A stretch of 64,000 bases of DNA from Candidatus Saccharimonadota bacterium (GCA_016187175.1 JACPKG010000002.1:12922-76921); one strand, 5' to 3'; shown: positions 35,987-46,474, numbered from the stretch's first letter. Notes: generated by a model not told the origin, from the sequence alone. Made by a program: numbers and translations.

Positions 35987-36241
35987 ATGGCAGAACAAAC
36001 CGTACAAGTAAAAATATACGCCCCGTTTAAAACCTATTTTGAGGGTCCGGCAGGCAGCATTTCGGCGGTTAACGATACCGGGCCATTTGATATTCTGGCG
36101 CGTCATAAAAATTTTATATGCCTTTTAAAGCCGGGTGAAATCAAGGTCCGTCAAAAAGACCGTCCGGATTTTGTCATGCCAGTTAGTCGCGGTGTTATGC
36201 ATGTCCGTAGTGACAAAGTGACCGTCTTTCTCGACGTCTAA
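35987..36241 (+). CDS. atpC: F-type ATP synthase subunit epsilon (short)
   Basis: 84 aa directly after atpD, with beta-sandwich-like N-terminal repeats. Confidence 0.55.
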   Translation: MAEQTVQVKIYAPFKTYFEGPAGSISAVNDTGPFDILARHKNFICLLKPGEIKVRQKDRPDFVMPVSRGVMHVRSDKVTVFLDV

Positions 36242-36320
36242 CCACTCACCTCACCACGAGGTCCGACCTTATTTCGCTTATCTTTTTCGAAGGTCGGACC
36301 TCTGATAGAATGGTACAGCT

Positions 36321-37439
36321 ATGAGAAGGGTGTTTGTTGGGATGAGCGGCGGAGTTGATTCTTCGGTTGCCGCTTTGCTCTTAAAGGAGCAGGGCTATGA
36401 AGTTGCGGGTATCTATATGAAGAATTGGACACAGGATCTGCCGAACCTCAAATGTCCCTGGCGGGATGATTTTAACGATGCTAAACGAGTAGCGGTCCAG
36501 TTGGGCATCGACTTTAAAGTTTATGACTTCCAAGAAGAATATAAACACAAAGTCGTTGACTACATGATTCGTGAATACCAAGCCGGACGCACGCCAAATC
36601 CAGACATCATGTGCAACCAGGAAGTCAAGTTCAAACTGTTTTTAGAGACAGCCTTGGAAGATGGTGCTGACATGATTGCTACCGGCCACTACGCCCGTGT
36701 GATAGGTCTAACCTATCACAAGCAAAAAACAGAGGTGAGTAACAAAAATACTGATGTGACAGGTCTAACCTATCACATGGCAACCGCTAAGGACGGGAAT
36801 AAGGACCAGACCTATTTCCTATACCGTATAACCCAAGCAGCCCTAAGCAAAACACTGTTCCCTTTGGGAGAACTGACCAAGCCGGAGGTTAAGGCACTGG
36901 CTCAAAAACATAAACTGATGACTGCAGATAAAAAAGAAAGCATGGGTATTTGTTTTGTTGGCAAAGTCCCAATCAAGGATTTCCTAGAGCAGTTTATAAA
37001 GACAAAACATGGCAAAATTATTAACCAATCCGCCAGCCGGCGTCGGCATGTGATTGGTGAGCATGACGGAGCTATTTTTTACACCATCGGCCAACGGCAC
37101 GGCTTAAATATCGGTGGAGGACTGCCATACTACGTTACCGGCAAAAATATGAAGAAAAACGAAGTTTATGTAACAACCGACCTTCAAGACGAAAAGTTGT
37201 GGAGCGATAAAATCAAACTGACTGATATGCATTGGATAAATGGTGAACCATCAGCTAAATACAATCTGCAAGTTCGGACAAGACATAGAGCAAAGCTAAT
37301 CACAGTGAAAAAGCTTGACCTGTTAAGTAATTCTAAAGCCACAGTCGAACTTGATGAAGAGGTGCGCGCTTTAACTCCCGGCCAATCTGCCGTCTTCTAT
37401 TCCGGCCAAGAATGCCTGGGCGGAGGAATAGTCATCTAA
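36321..37439 (+). CDS. mnmA: tRNA-specific 2-thiouridylase MnmA, with a ~25-aa in-frame insertion from two REP family-1 palindromes
   Basis: VGMSGGVDSSVAALLL PP-loop, IATGHYAR and C-terminal blocks are present. The insert VIGLTYHKQKTEVSNKNTDVTGLTYHM is encoded by the palindromes. Confidence 0.85.
   Translation: MRRVFVGMSGGVDSSVAALLLKEQGYEVAGIYMKNWTQDLPNLKCPWRDDFNDAKRVAVQLGIDFKVYDFQEEYKHKVVDYMIREYQAGRTPNPDIMCNQEVKFKLFLETALEDGADMIATGHYARVIGLTYHKQKTEVSNKNTDVTGLTYHMATAKDGNKDQTYFLYRITQAALSKTLFPLGELTKPEVKALAQKHKLMTADKKESMGICFVGKVPIKDFLEQFIKTKHGKIINQSASRRRHVIGEHDGAIFYTIGQRHGLNIGGGLPYYVTGKNMKKNEVYVTTDLQDEKLWSDKIKLTDMHWINGEPSAKYNLQVRTRHRAKLITVKKLDLLSNSKATVELDEEVRALTPGQSAVFYSGQECLGGGIVI
36698..36777. 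repeat. two REP family-1 palindromes (36698-36720 perfect; 36755-36777 with one mismatch) plus 34-bp spacer, in frame inside mnmA
   Basis: The first is TGTGATAGGTCTAACCTATCACA and the second TGTGACAGGTCTAACCTATCACA. Confidence 0.8.
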
Positions 37440-38177
37440 ACCATCAGAAGCAAACCAGCTACAGCAATAAAACTACCGATGATTTTGCGTTTTAAGTCTT
37501 CGCGTTCGTGCAGAAATATCGCGGCCGTAACGAATATCACTACAATCTTAAGAGTCGTGAAACAGCACGGTTGCTCCCCAGCTTAATCAAGTGCCTGTAG
37601 TAATACCATTTTCTTGAATTAAGGATCGCTCAGCGGTTAAAGCAAATGCCAGCGATACGCCGTTAAGCAGCATCAGCATAAAGTATTTATCAAAACGCTA
37701 CCTACCCAAACGGTGTTTTCTACTAACCAGTACTACCGAGATTAAGAGTAATATAGTACCTACGATCTGGCGTGATTTAAGACTCTCATGCAACAAAATC
37801 GCGGAGAGGAGTAGGGTAATTGGTGTGTAAACATTGCCGATTAAAGTTGTCAGACCGGTCTTAACATGTCTTTGGGCGATATACTGCGCGGCTATTGGTA
37901 TGCTTCCGGTTACACCACAGACAATCATCAATAGCACTATTGTGGTAAAACTCTGATTAAATTCAGGTTTTTTGAAAAAAATTAGAACGAAGCTTAATAC
38001 AAAAGTAATTAATGTTACCCGAAATGCAAAATCAATCTGGCCTTTGTAGGTGTCACGCCGCAGTGCCAGATGTCGCCTCTGCAAAGATGAAGCAGTAGAA
38101 GGCACAAAATAAAAAAGGTAAGCCAGTAAAATAGCCACTTCACTCCATTGTATCCCTGTCTGCTTGCCCCGCACCAA
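37436..38177 (-). pseudogene. DMT/EamA-family transporter remnant (first EamA repeat intact as a 159-aa ORF; second repeat degraded/frameshifted, C-terminal 35 aa recognisable)
   Basis: 37698-38177 encodes a TM-rich ...LLLISVVLVSRKH. The reverse strand of 37436-37545 encodes VVIFVTAAIFLHEREDLKRKIIGSFIAVAGLLLMV* in another frame. Confidence 0.35.
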
Positions 38178-38380
38178 AACCTGAGTAAAGAAGAGGGAGT
38201 CCGCCTATGGCGGATCGGAATGTCAAGTTTTTGGTGCGTGGGTTAAAATACTAAGCATGACGGCATAAAAATACCAAAAACGTATGCGCACGTTAGGCAT
38301 CTAAACACGTTAGTTCAATACTCAAATCCAAAAAAATCGGGGTCTTTCTCTGACGAAGGATTTATGCCATAATCAGTCAA

Positions 38381-39466
38381 ATGCCAAGAATAGCAGACGG
38401 AAAAATTACCAGCCCGTCTTTTTTTATTGGCCTTGATGGAAATGGAATCATTTCGTTTGGATCCGGGCAGCCAGATCTACCGCCCCCAAAAGAGATTTTT
38501 AAGCATTTGGAAAATCAACGTCTTTTTAAATACGGTCTAATCCAAGGGGACGAAAAACTTCGCCAAGCACTTGCCAACGAGTATCCAAATGCCCGGATCG
38601 AAAACTTTGTGATAACAAACGGTGCTTCAGAGGCGCTTGATTTGGTTTTTCGGGCCATCTATCAGATACACGGAAGGGTCAAAGTCCTTTTATGCCGGCC
38701 GTACTACTATTCGTACCCGTCAATCGTCCGGCTGGCGGGGTTAGAGCCAGTCTACGTAAATCTCGTAGAAGGAAGAATCGACCCTCGTGATTTCGAGAAG
38801 AAAGTTCATGACGTGAAAGCGGTGCTTATCAATTCGCCTTCCAATCCTACGGGGCGTGTCGAAATCCTCTCAACCTTACGCCTGATTGAAAAGATCACGG
38901 AAAAGCTCGGTATATATGTTATTTCGGACGAGGTCTATAAAGATCTTATTTATGAGCGTGAGAACTACCTTATCAAAGGCAAGCACGTACTGACTGTTAA
39001 TTCGTTCTCAAAGACCTATTCCATGTGTGGACTTCGGGTGGGGTACTTGTACGCCCGCAACCCGAAGATTATTAGTGCAGCCACCGATATTAAGATGGAT
39101 ACATCAATGAACACTAATATTTTGGGCCAAGAAATGGCTCTTCGCGCCATGCAGGTACCAAAAAGTTTCACCACGCGCCAGACTGCTATTTGGAAAAAGC
39201 GCCGTGATTTTATTTACAACGAACTCAAGACAATGGGGTTTGATCTTTGGAAGCCGGAAGGGGCGTTTTATGTACTGCCTAAAATAAAACACTCACAACG
39301 AGTGGTTAACGAACTATTTTTTAAACATAAAGTTATTGCCTACGACGGTGCTTGGTTCGGCGCGCCCGGTCGGATTCGTCTGTCGTACGCTCTGGAGCTT
39401 GCACAAATGAAAGAAGGGCTGGCCAGAATCAGACAATATCTTCAAGGGAAAGATAGCTGGCTCTGA
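38381..39466 (+). CDS. class I/II (aspartate/aromatic-type) PLP-dependent aminotransferase
   Basis: SFSKTYSMCGLRVGY is the PLP-Lys motif. The gene is 361 aa. Confidence 0.75.
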   Translation: MPRIADGKITSPSFFIGLDGNGIISFGSGQPDLPPPKEIFKHLENQRLFKYGLIQGDEKLRQALANEYPNARIENFVITNGASEALDLVFRAIYQIHGRVKVLLCRPYYYSYPSIVRLAGLEPVYVNLVEGRIDPRDFEKKVHDVKAVLINSPSNPTGRVEILSTLRLIEKITEKLGIYVISDEVYKDLIYERENYLIKGKHVLTVNSFSKTYSMCGLRVGYLYARNPKIISAATDIKMDTSMNTNILGQEMALRAMQVPKSFTTRQTAIWKKRRDFIYNELKTMGFDLWKPEGAFYVLPKIKHSQRVVNELFFKHKVIAYDGAWFGAPGRIRLSYALELAQMKEGLARIRQYLQGKDSWL

Positions 39467-39695
39467 AATCTATGTTACAAATTTTGGATACTATGCCTAT
39501 CCCAATCCAGGTCAAGAAGTAAGCCAAGCAAATTGAAAGTTGGCCACTAAACAGTTCGTATGACAGTTCGGTCAAATCATTACACGAAATCTACATATTG
39601 TCGGTTCTCTGTAAAAAGTCACACCTGTTTATTGAACTTGAGCGGCGCCTGGGCGGCGGCATTGTAGTTTAAGTTCTACCTCTGTTACAATAGCG

Positions 39696-41579
39696 TTGAT
39701 GAACGCGCAGGAAATACGTAAAAAGTATCTTGATTTTTTTGTCGCAAGAAAACACCAGGTTATTCCACGGGCTTCCTTAGTACCGCAGGATGATCCGACC
39801 ACATTGTTCACTGGTAGCGGTATGCAACCGTTGGTGCCGTATCTGCTTGGCGAAAAGCACCCAGCTGGTAAACGGCTGGTTGATAGCCAAACTTGTTTTA
39901 GGGCTGAAGATATGGACGAGGTGGGCGACAACCGTCATACGACGTTCTTTGAGATGCTGGGCAACTGGAGCCTGGGCGATTATTACAAGGAAGAACAACT
40001 AACTTGGTTCTGGGATTTTTTAACAAAAGCTGTCAAGTTGAACCCTGCTAAGCTCTATGTGACCTGTTTTAGTGGCGACCAACTAACTGGTGTGCCCAAA
40101 GATACTGAATCGGCTGCAATTTGGAAGAAGTTGTTTGCCAAAAAAGATATTCAAGCCAAAGAAGTTGAAATTGGCTCGAACACAACCGGCTATCAAAAAG
40201 GCCTGCAAAACGGCCGGATTTTTTACTATGACGCTTCTAAAAACTGGTGGAGCCGCGAGGGTCCGCCAAGCAACATGCGGCTGGGCGAACCCGGTGGGCC
40301 AGACAGTGAGGTCTTTTACGATTTCGGCACGCCGCATGACGAAAAGTTTGGCACCCACTGCCACCCCAATTGCGACTGCGGCCGTTTTTCGGAAATCGGT
40401 AATAGTGTATTCATGGCCTACAAAAAAACACCCAAGGGTTTTGAAAAATTACCCAAACCCAACGTCGACTTTGGCGGCGGTTTGGAGCGTATCGCCGCCG
40501 CATGTCAGGACAGTCCTGATGTCTTCCAGATCAGTTTAATAAAGCCAGTTATTGAGGGTTTGGAAACATTAAGCGGTAAAGACTATGAGCAGCATCAGGC
40601 CGCCATGAGAGTCGTTGCCGATCACCTGCGTGCCGCTACCTGGTTGGGCGTAGACGGGGTTGCGCCCAGCAATAAAGCCCAGGGTTACGTGCTGCGCCGT
40701 CTGTTACGCCGCGCTATCCGCTACGCTTTTGAATTGGGCATCGAACAGCATCTGTGCGAAAAAGTAACACCTATTATTGCCAGCCTGTATGAACCAGATT
40801 TTCCGCAGGTCAAGGAACGCAAAAATGATGTCGTCCACGCCTTTATTAAGGAAGAAACCATTTTCCGCCAGACACTCCGCTCCGGTGTCCGGGAACTCAC
40901 AAAAATTGCTAAGCGAAATAAACACTTAACTGGCGTTGATGTTTTTAGACTTTACGATACCTACGGTTTCCCAGTTGAGCTGTCTTTGGAGGAGGCTTAT
41001 TTACAAAAAGTCGGCGTTTCTGAGGATTGGCATCATGACTTTGACAGGCTGATGGAGGAACAAAAAAAGCGCAGTCAGACCGCCAGCGTCGGTATGTTTA
41101 AGGGCGGCTTGGCCGACCATTCCGAAGCGGTTGTCAGACTGCACACCACAACCCATTTGATGTACCAGGCGCTCAAAAACGTGTTGGGCGAACACGTGGT
41201 TCAGCGCGGCAGCAACATTACGGCCCAGCGGACTCGCTTTGATTTTTCTCATCCAGGAAAAGTCAGGCCAGAACAAATTAAACAAGTCCAGGATATTGTC
41301 AACGAAAAGATTAAAGAAGATTTGTCGGTGACATGGAAAGAAGAGGACACGAAAGAGGCGCTGACATCCGGCTCCTCCGGCGCCTTTGGCGATAAATATG
41401 GCGAAAAAGTAAAAGTTTATACGATTGGCGATCCTAAAAAACCCTTTAGCCGCGAAATCTGCGGCGGCCCGCACGTAGAACATACCAGTGTCATCGGTGA
41501 AGGCGGTAAAAAATTCCGCATCATTAAAGAAGAGGCCTCCAGCGCTGGAGTGAGAAGAATCAAAGCCGTTCTCGACTAA
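39696..41579 (+). CDS. alaS: alanyl-tRNA synthetase, short form (catalytic + tRNA-recognition + editing domains; no C-Ala/DHHA1 extension)
   Basis: RHTTFFEMLGNWSLGDYYK is a class-II AlaRS signature. The editing domain has the HTTTHLMYQAL zinc motif. The gene ends ...GVRRIKAVLD at 627 aa. Confidence 0.85.
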   Translation: MMNAQEIRKKYLDFFVARKHQVIPRASLVPQDDPTTLFTGSGMQPLVPYLLGEKHPAGKRLVDSQTCFRAEDMDEVGDNRHTTFFEMLGNWSLGDYYKEEQLTWFWDFLTKAVKLNPAKLYVTCFSGDQLTGVPKDTESAAIWKKLFAKKDIQAKEVEIGSNTTGYQKGLQNGRIFYYDASKNWWSREGPPSNMRLGEPGGPDSEVFYDFGTPHDEKFGTHCHPNCDCGRFSEIGNSVFMAYKKTPKGFEKLPKPNVDFGGGLERIAAACQDSPDVFQISLIKPVIEGLETLSGKDYEQHQAAMRVVADHLRAATWLGVDGVAPSNKAQGYVLRRLLRRAIRYAFELGIEQHLCEKVTPIIASLYEPDFPQVKERKNDVVHAFIKEETIFRQTLRSGVRELTKIAKRNKHLTGVDVFRLYDTYGFPVELSLEEAYLQKVGVSEDWHHDFDRLMEEQKKRSQTASVGMFKGGLADHSEAVVRLHTTTHLMYQALKNVLGEHVVQRGSNITAQRTRFDFSHPGKVRPEQIKQVQDIVNEKIKEDLSVTWKEEDTKEALTSGSSGAFGDKYGEKVKVYTIGDPKKPFSREICGGPHVEHTSVIGEGGKKFRIIKEEASSAGVRRIKAVLD

Positions 41580-41580
41580 A

Positions 41581-41850
41581 CTACTCTAAGTTTTTTAAAA
41601 ATCTTAGGACAACTTGACCACGTTTTGTTAGCCGGTGTGGTACAGAACCGGAGTGGCGACCCTCGCTGATTAATCCTGCACTTACTAGGCGGCGAATATG
41701 CTCGGCCGTCGTTTTAAAATTCCATCGCAGTCGCCCGGCAGTTTCCAGAAGGGAAAGGCCTGGATTTTGTTGTAAAAGTAGCAGAATACTGATTCGACGA
41801 TGGTTGGCCACGCCCTTCATATATCTTTCTAATTGCTTTGCGCTTAGCAC
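41581..41850 (-). CDS. ArsR/SmtB-family winged-HTH regulator
   Basis: 89 aa. HRRISILLLLQQNPGLSLLETAGRLRWNFKTTAEHIRRLVSAGLI is ArsR-like. Confidence 0.5.
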   Translation of the reverse strand: MLSAKQLERYMKGVANHRRISILLLLQQNPGLSLLETAGRLRWNFKTTAEHIRRLVSAGLISEGRHSGSVPHRLTKRGQVVLRFLKNLE

Positions 41851-41961
41851 ACTACCATACTAGCATAATAATTCTTAGTTTCTTAAGAAATACAGAATTG
41901 TTGGTGGGGGGAGAACTAAGGGTTTAGATAGGTGTTGGTATGCTATAATTCAAGCTGAATT

Positions 41962-43296
41962 ATGCCTATGCTTAACAAACTTCCTGGACTTTCTGGTACG
42001 CGGATAAAAGACCTCAAAAGTAAACTACCCAAAGCTATCGAATTGGCCAAAAAACACCGGCGGCCAGTGGAAAGCTATCTAGTTGGACTAGATATCGGTA
42101 CGGAATTTATTAAGGCGTTGATTGGACGCGTTGTTGGCAATGAAGTGGAAATCATAGGTGTTGGCCGGGCTCACCAGGAGTTAGCCGATATGCAGGCCGG
42201 TGCCATTGCTGATATTGCCGCAGTGGTGGCTAACTGTGACCAAGCCCTATCCGCCGCCGAGCAACAAGCCGGGGTCAGCGCCCGGACAGCCATAATTGGT
42301 ATTGCCGGTGAGCTTGTTAAGGGCACTACCAGCACGGTTCGCTTTACCCGAAAGAGCCCCAGCCAAGAGTTGAGCATTGAAGAAATGCAGCACATCATCG
42401 AGTTAGTGCAGCAGCGGGCCGAACAAAAAGCCCGCCAACAACTGGTTTGGGAACTAGGTGGCCAAGACGTCCAGGTACGTCTAGTTAACAGCGCGCTGGT
42501 ACGTATAGACATTGATGGCTATAAAGTTACCAACCCAGTAGGCTTCCAGGGGCGTGATGTGGTGGTAGAAATATACACGGCATTTGCGCCGATGATCCAT
42601 ATTGGGGCCTTAGAGCGCACAGCTACTGAACTGGATTTAGAGCTACTGGCTGTGGCGGCCGAACCTTTCGCCGTCGCCCGCTCGGTTGTAGGTGATGATC
42701 CCAACGCCCAAATCAGTGCGATATTAATGGATGTGGGTGGCGGGACGACAGATATTGCTGTGGTTAACGAAGGTGGGGTCGAGGGCACAAAAATGTTTGG
42801 TATCGGCGGCCGGGCCTTTACACGGGCTATTGAACGCGAGCTGGATATTGACTTCGTCAAAGCCGAAGCTCTAAAAGTCGGCCTTTCCAGCGAACAGGTG
42901 GCCGCCACGCAGAAACCGGCAATAGAAAAAGCTCTACAAAAGACACTTAACGTCTGGACCAAAGGCGTAGAGCTAGCCCTGGCCGAATTTGAAAAACCGG
43001 ATCACTTGCCTAATCGTTTGCTACTGTGTGGTGGTGGCTCGAGCCTGCAGATGTTAATGGAGCAACTCGAGGTAGGCGAGTGGTACAAAAACTTACCGTT
43101 TAGTAAAAAGCCGCAAGTCCAGCATATCCAACCAGACGAAGTTGTCGGCATTACAGACGCCACCGGCGACGTCTCTGACCATACCTTCATCACAGCCATG
43201 GGGCTTCTAAGGGTAGGTATGGATACGGTGAATTCAGGTGCTGCATCCACCAAAGTGACTATGAAAAACAAGCTCAACAAGGTGCTGCGAGTATGA
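41962..43296 (+). CDS. actin-like ATPase of the FtsA/PilM family (FtsA-like)
   Basis: 444 aa. LVGLDIGTEFIKALIG and ILMDVGGGTTDIAVV are phosphate-binding motifs. Confidence 0.55.
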   Translation: MPMLNKLPGLSGTRIKDLKSKLPKAIELAKKHRRPVESYLVGLDIGTEFIKALIGRVVGNEVEIIGVGRAHQELADMQAGAIADIAAVVANCDQALSAAEQQAGVSARTAIIGIAGELVKGTTSTVRFTRKSPSQELSIEEMQHIIELVQQRAEQKARQQLVWELGGQDVQVRLVNSALVRIDIDGYKVTNPVGFQGRDVVVEIYTAFAPMIHIGALERTATELDLELLAVAAEPFAVARSVVGDDPNAQISAILMDVGGGTTDIAVVNEGGVEGTKMFGIGGRAFTRAIERELDIDFVKAEALKVGLSSEQVAATQKPAIEKALQKTLNVWTKGVELALAEFEKPDHLPNRLLLCGGGSSLQMLMEQLEVGEWYKNLPFSKKPQVQHIQPDEVVGITDATGDVSDHTFITAMGLLRVGMDTVNSGAASTKVTMKNKLNKVLRV

Positions 43297-44954
43297 CTCG
43301 AGATGTTATTTACTTGGATCTTGATGACGAGATAACTTCAGTTATCGATAAGTTAGAAAATGCCAACAAAAAAGAGGTGGCTTTAGTATTGCCCAAACGA
43401 GCGGCGTTTTTGCAAAGCATTGTCAATATGCGACTGCTTCAGCGGGCAGCCGAGGACGCCGGCAAAAACGTTGTGCTGATCACCAATGAGTCAGCTATAT
43501 TGCCGCTTGCCGGTGCTGCTGGCCTGCAGGTTGCCAAAAACCTACAAAGCCCGCCCTATACTCCTCCATCTCCAGTGCCTGTCAAAGAGCCAGACCGCGC
43601 CCTGTCCTCAGCCGATCAGGCGGCCGAAGAAGCCGATGAGACAGCCAATGATGATGCTTCCGCCAAGATCGATTACAGCCGCTCTATCGGCGAGCTGGCT
43701 GCTGGCCATGAAGTTGAGGAGCCAGAAGAACCCATAGCTGCTAAACCTACAGCGCCAAAGGATAAGAGGTTAAGAGTGCCAAATTTTGATAAATTCCGTC
43801 TCATGCTGGGGCTGAGCGTTTTGGCAGTCATGGCTCTAACAATCTTTATGCTTTTGGCAATTACTATACTTCCCAAGGCCAAGGTGACTATTAAAACCAG
43901 CAGCTTACCGCTGTCGGCTAATTTCGCTTTGACAACCGATGGGGCCGCTAAATCGTTAAACGAAGAAAAGGCTATAATCCCAGCAGTACTGCAAACCAAG
44001 GATCAGACAGCCACCCAAACCGTCAATGCCACTGGCCAACAAAATAACGGCGAAAAAGCTTCGGGTTCAGTGACTATGTCGGCAGGCGCTTGCGGTCCTT
44101 CCGTGCCAGCCGATATCCCAGCCGGAGCTGGCCTGTCTAGCAGTAGTCTAACTTATATAACCCAGACTAAAACGTCTTTTGCGCCGGTTGTGTCGGGAGG
44201 CAAGTGCACCTTCCAGTCTACCAGCTCAACACCCATAAAAGCCCAGATTGGCGGCAGCAAATATAACGTCAACTCGGCAACATTTAGCGTCGCTGGCTAT
44301 CCTAGCGTCACTGCCAGCGGCAGCGCTAGCGGCGGCACGGATAATATTGCTACCATACTTAGTCAAGCTGATATTGACGGTGCCAAGCAAAAAATTACTA
44401 GCTCTGACACCGACAAATTTGCTGAGGAGTTTAAGAAATCCCTGACCGAAAAAGAAGATATATACCTAATCACCCCGACGCTTAAACTTAGCGAGCCAGA
44501 AGCGACTGCCACTCCGGCGGTTGGCCAACCAGCTACAACTGCTGCGGTGACAGTTAAAATTACTCATTCTGTTTTAACGGTTAAAAAGAACGATCTTAAG
44601 AAGGTGATAACCACGCAGCTAAATAAGCAAATCGACAGCCAAAAGCAAAAGCTTGTTGACGAAGACGTCGCTAGCGGTTTGAGCGTTAGTGTCCAGAGCC
44701 AAACCTCGTCTAACAATATGACCTTGCAAATATCTAAGGACACCAGCGCGGTACCGGTTATAGATGTTGAATCTCTTAAAAAGCAGATTACCGGTTTAAA
44801 AAGCGCCAAGATCCGCGAGACAATTAGCTCTATTCCTGGTGTGAAGGAAGTCGACGTCAAGATGAGTCCTTTTTGGGTGGCTAAGGCTCCCAAACCGTCT
44901 AAAATTACTGTAGTTCAGGAGCACGTTAAAGACAGTGGAAGTATTAGCCCTTGA
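43293..44954 (+). CDS. membrane protein with cytoplasmic N-domain, one TM and a Ser/Thr-rich extracytoplasmic region
   Basis: 553 aa, translationally coupled to the FtsA/PilM-like gene. The TM segment is LMLGLSVLAVMALTIFMLLAITIL. Confidence 0.4.
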   Translation: MTRDVIYLDLDDEITSVIDKLENANKKEVALVLPKRAAFLQSIVNMRLLQRAAEDAGKNVVLITNESAILPLAGAAGLQVAKNLQSPPYTPPSPVPVKEPDRALSSADQAAEEADETANDDASAKIDYSRSIGELAAGHEVEEPEEPIAAKPTAPKDKRLRVPNFDKFRLMLGLSVLAVMALTIFMLLAITILPKAKVTIKTSSLPLSANFALTTDGAAKSLNEEKAIIPAVLQTKDQTATQTVNATGQQNNGEKASGSVTMSAGACGPSVPADIPAGAGLSSSSLTYITQTKTSFAPVVSGGKCTFQSTSSTPIKAQIGGSKYNVNSATFSVAGYPSVTASGSASGGTDNIATILSQADIDGAKQKITSSDTDKFAEEFKKSLTEKEDIYLITPTLKLSEPEATATPAVGQPATTAAVTVKITHSVLTVKKNDLKKVITTQLNKQIDSQKQKLVDEDVASGLSVSVQSQTSSNNMTLQISKDTSAVPVIDVESLKKQITGLKSAKIRETISSIPGVKEVDVKMSPFWVAKAPKPSKITVVQEHVKDSGSISP

Positions 44955-45348
44955 TATCGGTGCGGTTTGGGTGGGTATGGCGCGGGCGAACAGCCAAGCT
45001 CGGTTGGCCGAGCCGCTACAGACCGTCAAGACCAACGAAGCAATTGCGGCGGTCCAGAAACTCGTCGAAAAGCAGCCGGTGGAGGCCATTGTGGTGGGTC
45101 TGCCCCGTAACCTATCGGGTGAAGACACTGACCAGACACGCTGGGTCCGAGACTGGGTGGCTAAGGCTAAGACCCAAATTAACCGACCGTTTTATTGGCA
45201 AGATGAATCATTAACAAGCCTAGAAGCAAAGCTCAAAGTTCAAAGCTCAAAGTTCAAAGATCAAGGGATAGGTGAGCATGGCTTGGCAGCAGCGATTATT
45301 TTGCAGGACTTCCTAGACGCGCCAGTGGCGAAAAGAGTTGTGTGCTAA
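44935..45348 (+). CDS. ruvX: YqgF/RuvX-family putative pre-16S rRNA nuclease / Holliday-junction resolvase-like
   Basis: LALDIG...VVGLPRNLSGEDTDQTRWVRDW is YqgF-like. A GTG start was assumed. Confidence 0.6.
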   Translation: MEVLALDIGAVWVGMARANSQARLAEPLQTVKTNEAIAAVQKLVEKQPVEAIVVGLPRNLSGEDTDQTRWVRDWVAKAKTQINRPFYWQDESLTSLEAKLKVQSSKFKDQGIGEHGLAAAIILQDFLDAPVAKRVVC

Positions 45349-46390
45349 TCTAATGAAGGTGATGAGAGGTATCAATAGGCCAAAGCTACCATTAATTATA
45401 TTAGCGGTGGCTATTTTGCTAGTCGGCGGCGGAGTTGCCGGGCTCCGTAGTTGGTATGAGCGTAATTTAAAACCAGTTTCAGCTGTGTCCCAAAGCCAAT
45501 ATTTTACTGTGACTTCCGGTTCCAGTCTTCACCAAATAGGCGTTAAGCTCAAAAATGCTGGCTTAATACGTAACACTCGGGCTTTGGAGACCTATGTACG
45601 CAGCAACGAGCTGCATGACAAACTACAAGCCGGTACGTACGAATTAAGTCCGGCGATGGGTGTAGAGCAGATTATTATGAAAATGATAAATGGTGATGTA
45701 GCCAAAAACTTGCTGACGATATTGCCGCAAAAAAGACTAGATGAAATCAAGCAAGCCTTTGTGGCCGCTGGCTATAGCAAAACTGAGGTCGAAGTGGCTT
45801 TTGAGCCCGGCAATTACCGCGGGCACCCAGCGCTGGCCAGTTTACCGCCGGGGGCCTCGCTAGAAGGTTATTTGTATCCGGACTCCTTTCAAAAACAAGC
45901 CGATACCCCTGCAGCCACAATTGTTCGTGAATCTTTGGACGAAATGCAAAAGTACTTAAATTCCGATATTGTCAATGGTTTTGCCGCCCGTTCGCTAAAT
46001 GTCTATCAAGGTATTACCCTAGCTTCGATTGTGGCCGAAGAAACTGACAACCCGGAGTATCAGCCACAAATAGCGCAGGTTTTTTATACACGCTTGGCCA
46101 AAAACATGCGTCTGGAGTCAGACCCCACGGCTTTTTATGCTTCAGCACTGGCGGGGACAGCGCCCAGTCTGCAGATTAACTCGGCCTATAACACCTATTT
46201 GAACAACGGCCTACCGCCTGGGCCGATTAGCAACATGACATATGACGCGCTTAAGGCTGTGGCCTACCCGGCCTCGACAGATTACCTGTTTTTTGTGGCT
46301 GGCGATGACGGCAAAGTGCACTTTAGCCGCACGCCGGCCGAACATGAAGAAGCGGCCAAGAGGTATTGCATTAAAAAGTGTCAGCTTTAG
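45338..46390 (+). CDS. mltG: endolytic murein transglycosylase MltG (YceG family)
   Basis: An N-terminal TM, the YceG signature ...LEGYLYPDSF... and the C-terminal blocks are present. Confidence 0.75.
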   Translation: MCANLMKVMRGINRPKLPLIILAVAILLVGGGVAGLRSWYERNLKPVSAVSQSQYFTVTSGSSLHQIGVKLKNAGLIRNTRALETYVRSNELHDKLQAGTYELSPAMGVEQIIMKMINGDVAKNLLTILPQKRLDEIKQAFVAAGYSKTEVEVAFEPGNYRGHPALASLPPGASLEGYLYPDSFQKQADTPAATIVRESLDEMQKYLNSDIVNGFAARSLNVYQGITLASIVAEETDNPEYQPQIAQVFYTRLAKNMRLESDPTAFYASALAGTAPSLQINSAYNTYLNNGLPPGPISNMTYDALKAVAYPASTDYLFFVAGDDGKVHFSRTPAEHEEAAKRYCIKKCQL

Positions 46391-46474
46391 CAACAGGTGT
46401 CAATCAGACCTGGTATTTGGTATAATAGGACTAGAAACGAAGGGTTGTTTTTAACCTTTCGTTAATTTTGCCGC

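Noticed and set aside
40090-40539. ORFs 40090-40539 (plus, alternate frame) and 40083-40364 (minus) within alaS, and 41001-41483 (minus)
   Set aside because: They are nested in a well-supported conserved gene, with no independent signals.
42171-43280. Antisense ORFs 42171-42512, 42519-42962 and 43002-43280 inside the FtsA/PilM-like gene
   Set aside because: Their composition (Ala/Ser/Thr-rich) mirrors the sense gene, and they have no start signals.
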